A stretch of 64,000 nt of DNA from an uncultured delta proteobacterium (GTDB lineage Bacteria; Myxococcota_A; Polyangia; Polyangiales; Polyangiaceae). Below are positions 1-11,436 of this stretch, one piece after another (the first letter of the stretch is position 1; each line of letters begins with the position of its first letter). The DNA lies in assembly GCA_963716725.1 (NCBI GenBank), contig CAVQUB010000003.1, positions 96,001-160,000 of the forward strand. Reading direction: 5' to 3'. The notes below the pieces were generated by a model. That model ran no database searches, had not been told where the DNA came from, and saw nothing but the letters and a program-made list of their open reading frames with translations. A program made the translations under genes and the position numbers.

Positions 1-938
1 ACTTTCGCTGCCGCTACTGCATGCCGAAGGAACACTTCGGCCCCGGATTTCGCTTCTTGCCGCGCGCCGATCTCTTGCGCTTCGAGGAGATGACCCGCGT
101 GGCTCGGGTGTTCGCCTCGCTGGGCGTGAAGAAGCTGCGCCTGACCGGCGGCGAGCCGCTCCTGCGATCCGATCTTCCCGATCTCGTCGCTCAGCTCGCG
201 GCCATCGACGGCGCCGAGCTCGCGCTCACCACCAACGGTTCACTGCTCGAAGCGCGCGCCGATGAGCTGGTGCGCGCCGGCCTCAGCCGCGTCACCGTCA
301 GCCTCGACTCGCTCGACGAAGCAATATTCCGCGAGATGACCGACGCGGCTCTTCCGCCAAGCAAGGTGATCGCCGGCATCGAAGCCGCTGCGCGTGCCGG
401 CCTGCGCCCGGTCAAGATCAACTGCGTGGTGCGCCGCGGCGTGAACGACGCTGGCATCGTCGATCTCGCGCGTCGCTTCAAGGGCACGGGCCACATCGTG
501 CGATTCATCGAGCTGATGGACGTCGGCGCCACCAACGGTTGGCGCATGGATCAGGTGATGAGCGGCGCCGAGATCGTCGACACCATCTCGCGGGCGCTGC
601 CCCTGGAGCCGGCGTCACCGACCTACCGCGGTGAGGTCGCCAAGCGCTGGCGCTACACCGATGGCAGCGGAGAGATCGGCGTCATCACCAGCGTCACGAA
701 CCCCTTCTGCGGCGACTGCTCCCGGGCGCGCCTGAGCGCCGAGGGCAGCGTCTATACCTGCCTGTTCGCGACCTCGGGCACGGATCTCCGGGGGCCGGTC
801 CGCGCGGGCGCGACGGACGAGGAGCTCGCCGAGATCATCCGCGGGATCTGGTCTCGGCGCGACGATCGCTACTCCGAGCTGCGCTCCGACAATACGCGCA
901 GCCTGCGTCGCATCGAGATGAGCTACATCGGCGGGTGA
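1..938 (+). CDS. moaA: GTP 3',8-cyclase MoaA (5'-truncated by window edge)
   Basis: Upstream of the ORF-track start the frame reads FRCRYCMP (end of the radical SAM CxxxCxxC). Also LTGGEPLLR, FCGDCSRARLSAEG..C and the C-terminal MSYIGG. Confidence 0.97.
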   Translation, partial: FRCRYCMPKEHFGPGFRFLPRADLLRFEEMTRVARVFASLGVKKLRLTGGEPLLRSDLPDLVAQLAAIDGAELALTTNGSLLEARADELVRAGLSRVTVSLDSLDEAIFREMTDAALPPSKVIAGIEAAARAGLRPVKINCVVRRGVNDAGIVDLARRFKGTGHIVRFIELMDVGATNGWRMDQVMSGAEIVDTISRALPLEPASPTYRGEVAKRWRYTDGSGEIGVITSVTNPFCGDCSRARLSAEGSVYTCLFATSGTDLRGPVRAGATDEELAEIIRGIWSRRDDRYSELRSDNTRSLRRIEMSYIGG

Positions 939-943
939 GCGCG
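861..943 (+). repeat. 83-bp direct repeat copy 1 (moaA 3' end), att-like
   Basis: Matches 6410-6492 with 2 mismatches and includes the moaA stop codon. Confidence 0.95.
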
Positions 944-1080
944 GCGGTTGGGTCGTGCGCCGCCACCTCCGCGACGGGTCCCAGGGCGTCGAGCTCGCAG
1001 TCAAAGAGGTTGGACATGGGCGGGTCAGACGGGCTCGAGGCGGTTCACTTTCCCACCCTTCGTGCGATATGGTGCGCGCC

Positions 1081-1716
1081 ATGGGCAGTCGCAGTTCGGC
1101 TCTTGTTTCTGCTTTCGTTCTGTCGGCGTGTGGTGGCGCTCCTGCGGTGTCGGCGTCACCCAGCGCACCGCGACCTGTCGCACCAAACCAACAACCTGCG
1201 GCTGCGGCTGCTGTAGAGGCTTCCGCAGCACCGGTGGCGCAGGCGCCGCCGGAAAAGACAGTCTCCGAAGAGAGCGTCGCGCAGGCTCGCAAGCAAGCAC
1301 AGATGTATCTCACGGCGATCGCCCGGAGCGTGGTGATGTCATTCGAGCGGGAGCCAATGCCGGGCAAGCCGCCGCACATGTGCAAGAGTGCGGCGTCGTC
1401 CGTACCAGCGTCGAAGGACAGCATTGCAGGCAAGCTGTACGAGCCCGGGCAAGACGACTTCATGGCGGGCGACGAAGACACCGGTTTTCGTTGTTTGAGA
1501 TTCTCGGTGGTGGAGAGCACGCCACTGATGTTCGACTACAAGGCAGCGGGAGATGGTGCGTCTGAGGGCAGCAGCTTCCGCGCGATCGCCCACGCGGATC
1601 TGGACGGGGACGGGAAGCTGAGCACGTTCTCCATCGAGGGCAGCATCGTGAAGGAGGGCGCAGGACTGACCGTGAAGTTCGACCCGCAAGTGAAGGAAGA
1701 AGACCCGCGCGAGTGA
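1081..1716 (+). CDS. Lipoprotein with type IV pilin-like globular domain
   Basis: Lipobox VLSA-C, Ala/Pro linker, then helix-C..VP..Y..GFRCLRF..F.A.AHADLDGDG.LSTF, resembling myxobacterial pilin C-terminal domains. Confidence 0.7.
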   Translation: MGSRSSALVSAFVLSACGGAPAVSASPSAPRPVAPNQQPAAAAAVEASAAPVAQAPPEKTVSEESVAQARKQAQMYLTAIARSVVMSFEREPMPGKPPHMCKSAASSVPASKDSIAGKLYEPGQDDFMAGDEDTGFRCLRFSVVESTPLMFDYKAAGDGASEGSSFRAIAHADLDGDGKLSTFSIEGSIVKEGAGLTVKFDPQVKEEDPRE

Positions 1717-1915
1717 AAGCGCTGCGGCGCGCGCCTGTGGCGGAAAGCGGTCGTCGCCCATCGCGTACAACTGTCCCGTCCGCAGCAAGACTCGGTCGCC
1801 GAAGGTGGTGTCGCCAAGCTTGCTCGCCGCGAGGATCTTGACCGCGGGTGGAGCGCTGGGAAAGGTCTGCTCGACGGGACCGAGGACCGCGAAGATGCGT
1901 ATGCTCAGCCTGCCA

Positions 1916-2332
1916 TCAGGGGTGCGTACAGGTCTTGCTGGAACCTATGACGTCGCAGATGAACCCCGGCCTGCAGTCCTTGTACTCCTTGCAGCCGAGC
2001 TTACAGCCCAGACCGAGGATGCAGTAATGGCCGCCGCAGCTGAAGGTCGCGCCAACTTCCTCCTCGGTGTTGTCGTTGGGGCAGCGCTTGCCGCAACCAT
2101 GGCCGGGGACGCAAAAGAGACCGCCGCAGTTGGTCCCGTCCGAGAGCGTCCAGTCGTCGCGAAGCCACGCGGCGTCCGCCGGCATCGCACGAAAGCGCCG
2201 TTCCATGGCCGCCGCATCTGCCCGCCGCAGACGCGGCGCTTTCGGCGCTGCGCGGCGCTTGGCTTCGGGCACGGGCAGGGGCACAGGAGCACGGTCGCGG
2301 TGGAGAGCGACCTCGGACACGGTCACCCGCAC
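1916..2332 (-). pseudogene. Chimeric/orphan cassette: copy of part of 2703-3389 fused to a copy of the Cys-rich lipoprotein with a variant C-terminus
   Basis: 2158-2272 = 2966-3080 (identical). 2034-2159 = 2435-2560 (1 mismatch). 1916-2033 is a diverged paralogous tail. No signal peptide. Confidence 0.7.
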
Positions 2333-2691
2333 TTCTTGGTGGAAACAACCAGTTCACATACAAATCCCGGGCGGCAGTCCTTGTCGGACTCGCAGGTCAG
2401 GCGACAGCCTGTCCCGAGAATGCAGTAATTGGGACCGCAGCTGAAGGTCGCGCCAACTTCCTCCTCGGTGTTGTCGTTGGGGCAGCGCTTGCCGCAACCA
2501 TAGCCGGGGACGCAAAAGAGACCGCCGCAGTTGGTCCCGTCCGAGAGCGTCCAGTCGTCGAGGCAGCTCGGTCCCGCGTCACCCGCGCCGCCCGTTCCGC
2601 CGCCCCCGCTTGCGGGGCCAGGGTTGTCGTCGTCGCCGCAGGCCTGCAGCAGGGAAGCCCCAATCGCGATCAGAAGAAGGTAGCGCTTCAT
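2323..2691 (-). CDS. Small Cys-rich lipoprotein
   Basis: MKRYLLLIAIGASLLQA-CGDDD lipobox, Gly linker, Cys-rich domain; purine-rich RBS before the ATG at 2691. Confidence 0.8.
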   Translation of the reverse strand: MKRYLLLIAIGASLLQACGDDDNPGPASGGGGTGGAGDAGPSCLDDWTLSDGTNCGGLFCVPGYGCGKRCPNDNTEEEVGATFSCGPNYCILGTGCRLTCESDKDCRPGFVCELVVSTKKCG

Positions 2692-2702
2692 TTCGTCCTC
2701 TC

Positions 2703-3385
2703 TCACCCCAAGGTCAACGGGCCGCTTCGGCCCAAGAACACGACAGTGCGCACCGCGCCGGAGGGCTCGAAGGTCGTATGAACGACGCTCTTTTCGGTGG
2801 CGAGTGTTCGCGACTTCCCACCAAGGCGCGTGCGACGCGTCTCGGCGCGAGCGCCTGTGAGCAGCAGCTCGAAGCGACAGGCATCACGCCGGCATTCGGC
2901 GCGCTCGAGTTGGATGCCGCTGAGTCCGAGGCGCGCGCGCTCGGTCGCAACGGCTCCCTTGCCAGCGCGAAGCCACGCGGCGTCCGCCGGCATCGCACGA
3001 AAGCGCCGTTCCATGGCCGCCGCATCTGCCCGCCGCAGACGCGGCGCTTTCGGCGCTGCGCGGCGCTTGGCTTCGGGCACCGGCGAGGCCTCGGCGGTTG
3101 AGGGCCACTTCAGCTCCAGCGCGGCCTTCAAGGTCTCCGCCTCGGTGAGTCCCGCGAACAGGACGCCCGTTGCACGACGGTTCGCAGCGGAAGCCGATCG
3201 CGCCGCGGCCGGCACCTCGGCGGCTGTTCCCTGCGGTGTAGCCACCGGGCGGCGTGGCTCGGCCGGCGCGGGGGTCACCGGGTTCGTGCGACCGGGCTGC
3301 GGCGGTTCATGCCGTGGCCAGAGCGCAAAGCCCGCAATGCACAGAAGGCCGGCAACGACCCACGCCTTCCGCATGACCGCGCCCT

Positions 3386-3389
<4 letters not shown>
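2703..3389 (-). CDS. Hypothetical N-terminally anchored/secreted protein
   Basis: Hydrophobic N-terminus, Pro/Ala linker, ECRRDACR motif; start overlaps the stop of the upstream EEP gene. Confidence 0.7.
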
Positions 3390-6146
<2,757 letters not shown>

Positions 6147-6409
6147 GCCACCCACTCAAACCTCCCCGAGGACGTTGCGTTCGGTCCGTAGTATTCCCGA
6201 TTGGACGCGCAGAGTCAGCAATAAGCGCATCGAGGCAGCTGCTTTCGTAGGCGCATGGACGGCGATGTGGGCGGGGCCAATGACGACCGTCAAGTTGTCC
6301 GCGCGCCGAGAACCGCGCGAACTGCACCGCGGCCCTCGACACGCCCGTGCGCGTCACTGCACCGCAAGCCATCGATCACAATTCGAAGCGACCGCAGCAG
6401 ATGGGGCCG

Positions 6410-6492
6410 GACGATTGCTACTCCGAGCTGCGCTCCGACAATACACGCAGCCTGCGTCGCATCGAGATGAGCTACATCGGCGGGTGAGCGCG
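6410..6492 (+). repeat. 83-bp direct repeat copy 2 (displaced moaA 3' end)
   Basis: Encodes DDCYSELRSDNTRSLRRIEMSYIGG-stop; 2 mismatches to 861-943. Confidence 0.95.
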
Positions 6493-6705
6493 CGCTCGCG
6501 CCTACCGCGAACGAGCTGCGCGCGCGGCGGTGTCCACGCCGTGCTCGCCGGAGGAGGAACGCGAGAACCCGCGGCGTACTTGGCAGCATCGTGCCCCCAT
6601 TTTTCGCGCGTGGCTCGTTCGTGGTCGCCGCAGTCGCCGGTGGATCGCGCAGGCAGCATTCCAGCTCCAAGTGGTTGGTGATAGCCTCGTGGTCGAGGTG
6701 AGGGC

Positions 6706-8052
6706 ATGCGGTTGATCAGCGTTGCGGCGATGGCATCGGTGGCACTGGTGGCGGCAGTCGCCTGCGGCAGCGACGACAGCGGAGGCGGCACCAACACCGG
6801 CGGGGGCGGCGGCACGGGCGCGACCGGGGGTGCTGGTGGCAGCGGCGGCAGCGGGAACATCGGCGGCGGCGGCGGTGCGAGCGGCAGCGGCGGTGCGAGC
6901 GGCAGCGGCGGCAGCAGTGGCGGTGCGAGCGGCGGCGGCGGTGCGGGCGCTACAGGCGGCGGCGGCAGCGGCGGTGCGGGCGCTACAGGCGGCGGCGGTA
7001 GCGGCGGTAGCGGCGGCAGCGGCGGCGGTGGCACCTCGCCCGATTGCAAGAAGCACGCGAGCGCGACCTTTGCGACGGCGTGCAACAGCTACGCGACCAC
7101 CTACTGCAAGTTGATGTGGAAGTGCGCGCCGGCGTTCATGTCGATCTTTGCTTTGGACTCCGAGGCGCAGTGCAGCGACCGCTTCGAGAAGATGTGCCTG
7201 CTGACGCAAGGTGCGCCGGGCAACAACTCGAAGGCTGCGCTGTACGCCGCGTACGCTGAGCTCATCGGGACCGTCACTTGCAACGATTTCTACTCCGGTG
7301 CTTTCAACGACCTCGGCGGCGGCACCCTCCAGCCCGAGTGCGGAGGGCCCGGAACGCTCGCCGACGGCAAGGGCTGCTACTCCGGAGCCCAGTGCAAGAG
7401 CGGAGACTGTGACAATCAGATGGGTGAAGCCTGCGGAAAGTGCGAAGCGGAACTTGCGGTCGGCGCGAGCTGCAAGTTCGACTCGGACTGCGGCAAAGGC
7501 CTCTTCTGCGACACGAACGACAAGTGCGCCGTGGACAAGAAGATCGGCCAGAGCTGCACCTTCAGCTCCGACTGCGAGGACGGCGCCTTCTGCGGCTCCA
7601 GTTCGAAGGTCTGCGTGGCAAAGGGCGGAGTGGGCGCCACCTGCAGCGTCGGCGAGTGCAAAGACAACCTGGTCTGCGGCAACGCCAAGACCTGCAAGAC
7701 GCCAAACTTCGGAGCCTTGGGTGCGACCTGCGACTCGTCGGAGCAGTACAGCTGCAACTCGTACGTGGGGCTAGAGTGCGACAAAACCACCCTCAAGTGC
7801 ATCCAGAGCCCGAGCAGCACGCCCGGCAGCAAGTGCGGCATGATCGCCACCGATGGCGGCTTCACCTATGCGCCCTTCTGCTCCGGCGCGACGTGCGTGA
7901 CGCCAAACGGCCAGAGCGAGGGCACCTGCATGAAGCCGGTGGCGGACGGCGCGACCTGCGACCTGAACCTCGGTCCGCCCTGTCTCTTCCCGGCCGGCTG
8001 CGTGAGCGGCAAGTGCACGCTGCCGAGCCCGACCGTGTGCCCGCCCGGCTGA
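6706..8052 (+). CDS. Gly-linker, Cys-rich repeat lipoprotein
   Basis: Lipobox AAVA-C, long Gly/Ser linker, many G.SC....DC..GL.C repeats. Confidence 0.85.
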   Translation: MRLISVAAMASVALVAAVACGSDDSGGGTNTGGGGGTGATGGAGGSGGSGNIGGGGGASGSGGASGSGGSSGGASGGGGAGATGGGGSGGAGATGGGGSGGSGGSGGGGTSPDCKKHASATFATACNSYATTYCKLMWKCAPAFMSIFALDSEAQCSDRFEKMCLLTQGAPGNNSKAALYAAYAELIGTVTCNDFYSGAFNDLGGGTLQPECGGPGTLADGKGCYSGAQCKSGDCDNQMGEACGKCEAELAVGASCKFDSDCGKGLFCDTNDKCAVDKKIGQSCTFSSDCEDGAFCGSSSKVCVAKGGVGATCSVGECKDNLVCGNAKTCKTPNFGALGATCDSSEQYSCNSYVGLECDKTTLKCIQSPSSTPGSKCGMIATDGGFTYAPFCSGATCVTPNGQSEGTCMKPVADGATCDLNLGPPCLFPAGCVSGKCTLPSPTVCPPG

Positions 8053-8113
8053 CCGCGGGCGCCGGTGGTGCGGGCGCGGCCTCCACCGGCTCCGGCGCCC
8101 TGGTGCGCACAGG

Positions 8114-8719
8114 TCACCCGTCGAGCGACGCCACCAGCTCGCGCAGCACACGGTGGCCATCCCGGAAGATCGGCCAGCCGTCGGCGACCAGCACGGCCTG
8201 CACCTTGGTGAAGTCGAGCAGCTGCCGAACCGAGTCGATGGCTGCCGCGCGATCCGCGAGCTTGCCGTCTGGGAGGATGGTGAGCGAGCCCGCGCGGTGC
8301 GCGCGCACAAGATCTCCCATGATCAAGCTGTGGTCGCCGACCAAGAGGGCCAGCTCACCTGGGGTCTTCGAGCCCTTCATCTCGATCACGGACACGCCTG
8401 GCAGAACCTCGTCGCCGGCCGCCAGCCAACGCTGGCAGGTGATCGGAAACCCGTCTTGCTCCGCGGCGGGCCCGGCGATCTCGGCGCCGGTCCAGCCGGC
8501 GATCTTCTGGCTGTCGCGCACGTGATCGGAGTTCGTCACGATGATCAGCGACGCGCCGCCAAGCTCGCGCAGATGCGCCTCGTCGTGGGGCGTGAGCGGT
8601 TGCGGGTCGATGAGCACGTTGCCCTCGGGGCGCACCCACAGCCAGCTGTGAAAGTCGATGTTGCGAGCCTCGTCGAAGACCGACCAGCAAAAGAACTCGG
8701 GGCGGTGCAGCTGCTTCAT
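8114..8719 (-). CDS. MBL-fold metallo-hydrolase-like protein
   Basis: ATG at 8719; NVLIDP, IIVTNSDHVRD, GSKTPGE, LIMGD, VLVADGW. Confidence 0.8.
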   Translation of the reverse strand: MKQLHRPEFFCWSVFDEARNIDFHSWLWVRPEGNVLIDPQPLTPHDEAHLRELGGASLIIVTNSDHVRDSQKIAGWTGAEIAGPAAEQDGFPITCQRWLAAGDEVLPGVSVIEMKGSKTPGELALLVGDHSLIMGDLVRAHRAGSLTILPDGKLADRAAAIDSVRQLLDFTKVQAVLVADGWPIFRDGHRVLRELVASLDG

Positions 8720-8725
8720 CGTGTA

Positions 8726-9538
8726 GTGTCGGGTATCGCGACGCTTCGCAGAGGTCAACGCAGGAGCGCGACGCTGCTCGTGGTCGCGACGATGTCGTGC
8801 GCGGCTCCCCGGGTGGTCGAGCCGAAGCCGGTCCCGGCGCCGTTGACCCAAAAGCCCTTCGCAACCCCGGCGCCAGACCCCGAGATCGAGACGCTCAGCC
8901 TGCCCGTTGACGGCTTCTTGCCCGCGGTGCTGGTCCTGCCAGCGACGACCACGCCGCGTCCGCTGCTGGTGGTGGCCCACGGCGCCGGGGACAAGCCCGA
9001 GTGGCAGTGCGAGTGGTGGTCGGCGGCCCTGGGCTCCCGCGCGGTGGTGCTGTGCCTGCGAGGCTCGGCCATGTACCCCCGCAAGGCGGACACCGGGTTC
9101 TACTTTCGAGATCACCACGCCCTGGGTCAGGAGCTCGTGGCGGCCCTTCGTGCCCTCGAGCGCCACCGGGATCGCATCGCGGACGGGCCGCCGGTCTTCG
9201 CGGGCTACTCCCAGGGTGCGATCATGGGCGCGATCGTCGCGCAGGAGCAGGCGCCGCTCTTCTCGCGGCTGATCCTGATCGAAGGCGGCTACGACGAATG
9301 GAACGTTGCGAACGCCAAGCGCTTGGCCAGGGCTGACGCGCCGCGAGTCCTCTTCGCCTGCGGGCAGGTGTACTGCGCTGACCGGGCGCGCAAGTCGATG
9401 CAGTGGCTGGCGCGTGCCGGTGTGAAGGTCCGGCTCGAGCACGCGCCGCGCGGCGGACACACCTACGCCGGTGCGGTCGGCCAGCGGGTGCAGAGCGCGT
9501 TTGCTTGGGTCATTGAGGGGGACGCGCGCTGGCGCTAG
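8726..9538 (+). CDS. Alpha/beta hydrolase (esterase-like), probably exported; start uncertain
   Basis: VVAHGAG, GYSQG nucleophile elbow, C-terminal GGHTY. Confidence 0.8.
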   Translation: MSGIATLRRGQRRSATLLVVATMSCAAPRVVEPKPVPAPLTQKPFATPAPDPEIETLSLPVDGFLPAVLVLPATTTPRPLLVVAHGAGDKPEWQCEWWSAALGSRAVVLCLRGSAMYPRKADTGFYFRDHHALGQELVAALRALERHRDRIADGPPVFAGYSQGAIMGAIVAQEQAPLFSRLILIEGGYDEWNVANAKRLARADAPRVLFACGQVYCADRARKSMQWLARAGVKVRLEHAPRGGHTYAGAVGQRVQSAFAWVIEGDARWR

Positions 9539-9542
9539 CCCC

Positions 9543-10829
9543 TCACTTCTTCGCGACGGTCTTGGCGCGGCCGGTCTTGGCGGCCTTGGCGGGCTCGGAC
9601 TGGCCGCTCGCGGTCTTGTAGAGCTCGTCGAGGGCCAGGCTTGCTCCCAAGAAGAAGCGAGCGTCGGGGCTGTACAGGATGTTGCGGCGTTCGCTGCTGG
9701 GTCCGAGCTGACCGGTGAGGTTCTCGTAGGCCAGGGCGACGCCGAACTCCTTGGTGACGTCGACGCTGACTTCGGTGGAGAAGTAGGTGTTCACGCCGAA
9801 GTTCTTGGGCTCGTCGACCCGCTCAGGCGTCACGCAACCCGTGGAGACGTTGCAGATCTCAGCGTCGTCCTGGAACTTGTACTTCCAGAACATCGTCCAG
9901 CCCATGCCGGTGGTCAACGTCACCTTCTCGTGGATTTGCAGGCCCGCCTCTAGGCGCATCGGCACCGAGTGCTCGGCGAAAGCGCCAGCGCTCAGCTGAT
10001 CGGTCGAGACCGCGCGCCCGTCCGGATCCATGCGGACGCGGTCGAGATCCGAATTGGTGGGCGTGGTCGCACGGCTGAACCAGTGCGTGTACCCGACGGT
10101 GAACGACCCAGTGGCCGTGGAGAGCCACTCTTGATCGCCGCCGGTGAGCGGGATCTGCTGGCCGATGCCGACGCTGGCGCCAAGGGCGAAGTAGCGACCG
10201 TTGTTGGCGCTGACCTTCGAGGTGGGCAGGTCGAGGTTGGGTACGCGCAGGCGAAGATCGGTCTTGTAGTCGCCGTCCTTGGCAAGGTCGCGACCGTAGG
10301 CGCCTTGAATGCGGAAGTCGCTGAAAGACCACTCGCCACGGCGGGACGTCGAGTCGCTGTTGGTGAACTCGCGGTACACACCGAAGTCGCCGCGGATGCT
10401 GATGTTCTGGTCCTCGTCGTCGTAGACGTACCAGCGCGGGAGCAGGTTGAACGCCATCTCGTAGCTCGGGTTGCTGGACTGGTAGTCCTGTCCGATGCCG
10501 ACGGTCTCGGTGGAGACGCTGTTGCCCCAGACGAAGCCCGTGCCACGCCACTTGAGCTTCTCGGGCTTCTTGGCGGCAGCGCCGGGCTGACCGGGCTTCT
10601 TGCCCGTATCGGCCTGCGGCGCGGTGCTCGCACCGAACGAGAGGCCAGGTGCCGGTGCGGGTGCAGCCTCGGGAGGTGGCGTGGCCGGGGGCGGCTCCGC
10701 AGGCGGCGGCTCGGCAGGCGGCGGCTCCGCTGGAGGCGGCGCGGGCTCTTCGTCCTGAGCGAAGCTGGTGTTTGCAAAGAGGAGGGAGGTCGCGGCAAAT
10801 GCGACCCAGCCCAAGCTGCTGCGCTTCAT
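9543..10829 (-). CDS. Secreted, probable outer-membrane beta-barrel protein with Pro-rich N-terminus
   Basis: Signal peptide ending SFA-Q, AEPPP repeats, amphipathic beta-strands with aromatic residues. Confidence 0.7.
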   Translation of the reverse strand: MKRSSLGWVAFAATSLLFANTSFAQDEEPAPPPAEPPPAEPPPAEPPPATPPPEAAPAPAPGLSFGASTAPQADTGKKPGQPGAAAKKPEKLKWRGTGFVWGNSVSTETVGIGQDYQSSNPSYEMAFNLLPRWYVYDDEDQNISIRGDFGVYREFTNSDSTSRRGEWSFSDFRIQGAYGRDLAKDGDYKTDLRLRVPNLDLPTSKVSANNGRYFALGASVGIGQQIPLTGGDQEWLSTATGSFTVGYTHWFSRATTPTNSDLDRVRMDPDGRAVSTDQLSAGAFAEHSVPMRLEAGLQIHEKVTLTTGMGWTMFWKYKFQDDAEICNVSTGCVTPERVDEPKNFGVNTYFSTEVSVDVTKEFGVALAYENLTGQLGPSSERRNILYSPDARFFLGASLALDELYKTASGQSEPAKAAKTGRAKTVAKK

Positions 10830-11087
10830 GGTTCTCCTGAGCCTCGCTGTGCAGAACGGCCATGAGGCCGGTCCGACCCCGGGAGCGGGGTGCTCCCATA
10901 GCCATGCACCGGTGTCAACGAGACACCGGTCGGTCCACACAAGCAGGATTCGGGCCGACAGCGCGGCAAGCTGGAACGGCCGCAGATCGACCGCCTTTTC
11001 CCCGTACGGCGCCGGGGCGTCACCCCTCGAACGGCTCGGAGCGTTAGCAAGCAGACGGCCCTTTGGAGCTAGGATGCGCCAGGCTCA

Positions 11088-11432
11088 ATGGACCCCACTC
11101 TTCCCGCCACCGAGATCACGGCGCTGCTCGGCCGAGGCACTCACTTCGAGGGCAAGCTGGCCTTCGAAGGGCGCGTTCGCATCGACGGCAGCTTCAAAGG
11201 CGAGATCAAGAGCGCGGACGTGCTCATCGTCGGAGAGGGCGCGGAGATCGAGGCCGAGATCGAAGCGGGCACGGTGATCATCAAGGGCGGCAGCGTCACC
11301 GGCAACGTGCGCGCGCGCCAGAGCATCGAGCTCTACGTGCCCGCCAACGTCACCGGCAACCTGCACGCGCCGGAGATCTTCATGGACAAGGGCGTGCAGT
11401 TCTCTGGAAACTGCACGATGGCGCCGCTTTGA
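11088..11432 (+). CDS. Bactofilin (polymer-forming cytoskeletal protein)
   Basis: LLGRGTHFEGKL.FEG.VRIDG.FKGEI...GVQFSGNCTM beta-helix pattern. Confidence 0.92.
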   Translation: MDPTLPATEITALLGRGTHFEGKLAFEGRVRIDGSFKGEIKSADVLIVGEGAEIEAEIEAGTVIIKGGSVTGNVRARQSIELYVPANVTGNLHAPEIFMDKGVQFSGNCTMAPL

Positions 11433-11436
11433 CCGC

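Noticed and set aside
1916..2560. Diversity-generating retroelement TR/VR pair
   Set aside because: Differences between the two Cys-rich tails are not adenine-restricted (many C/G/T and synonymous changes), and there is no reverse transcriptase in the window.
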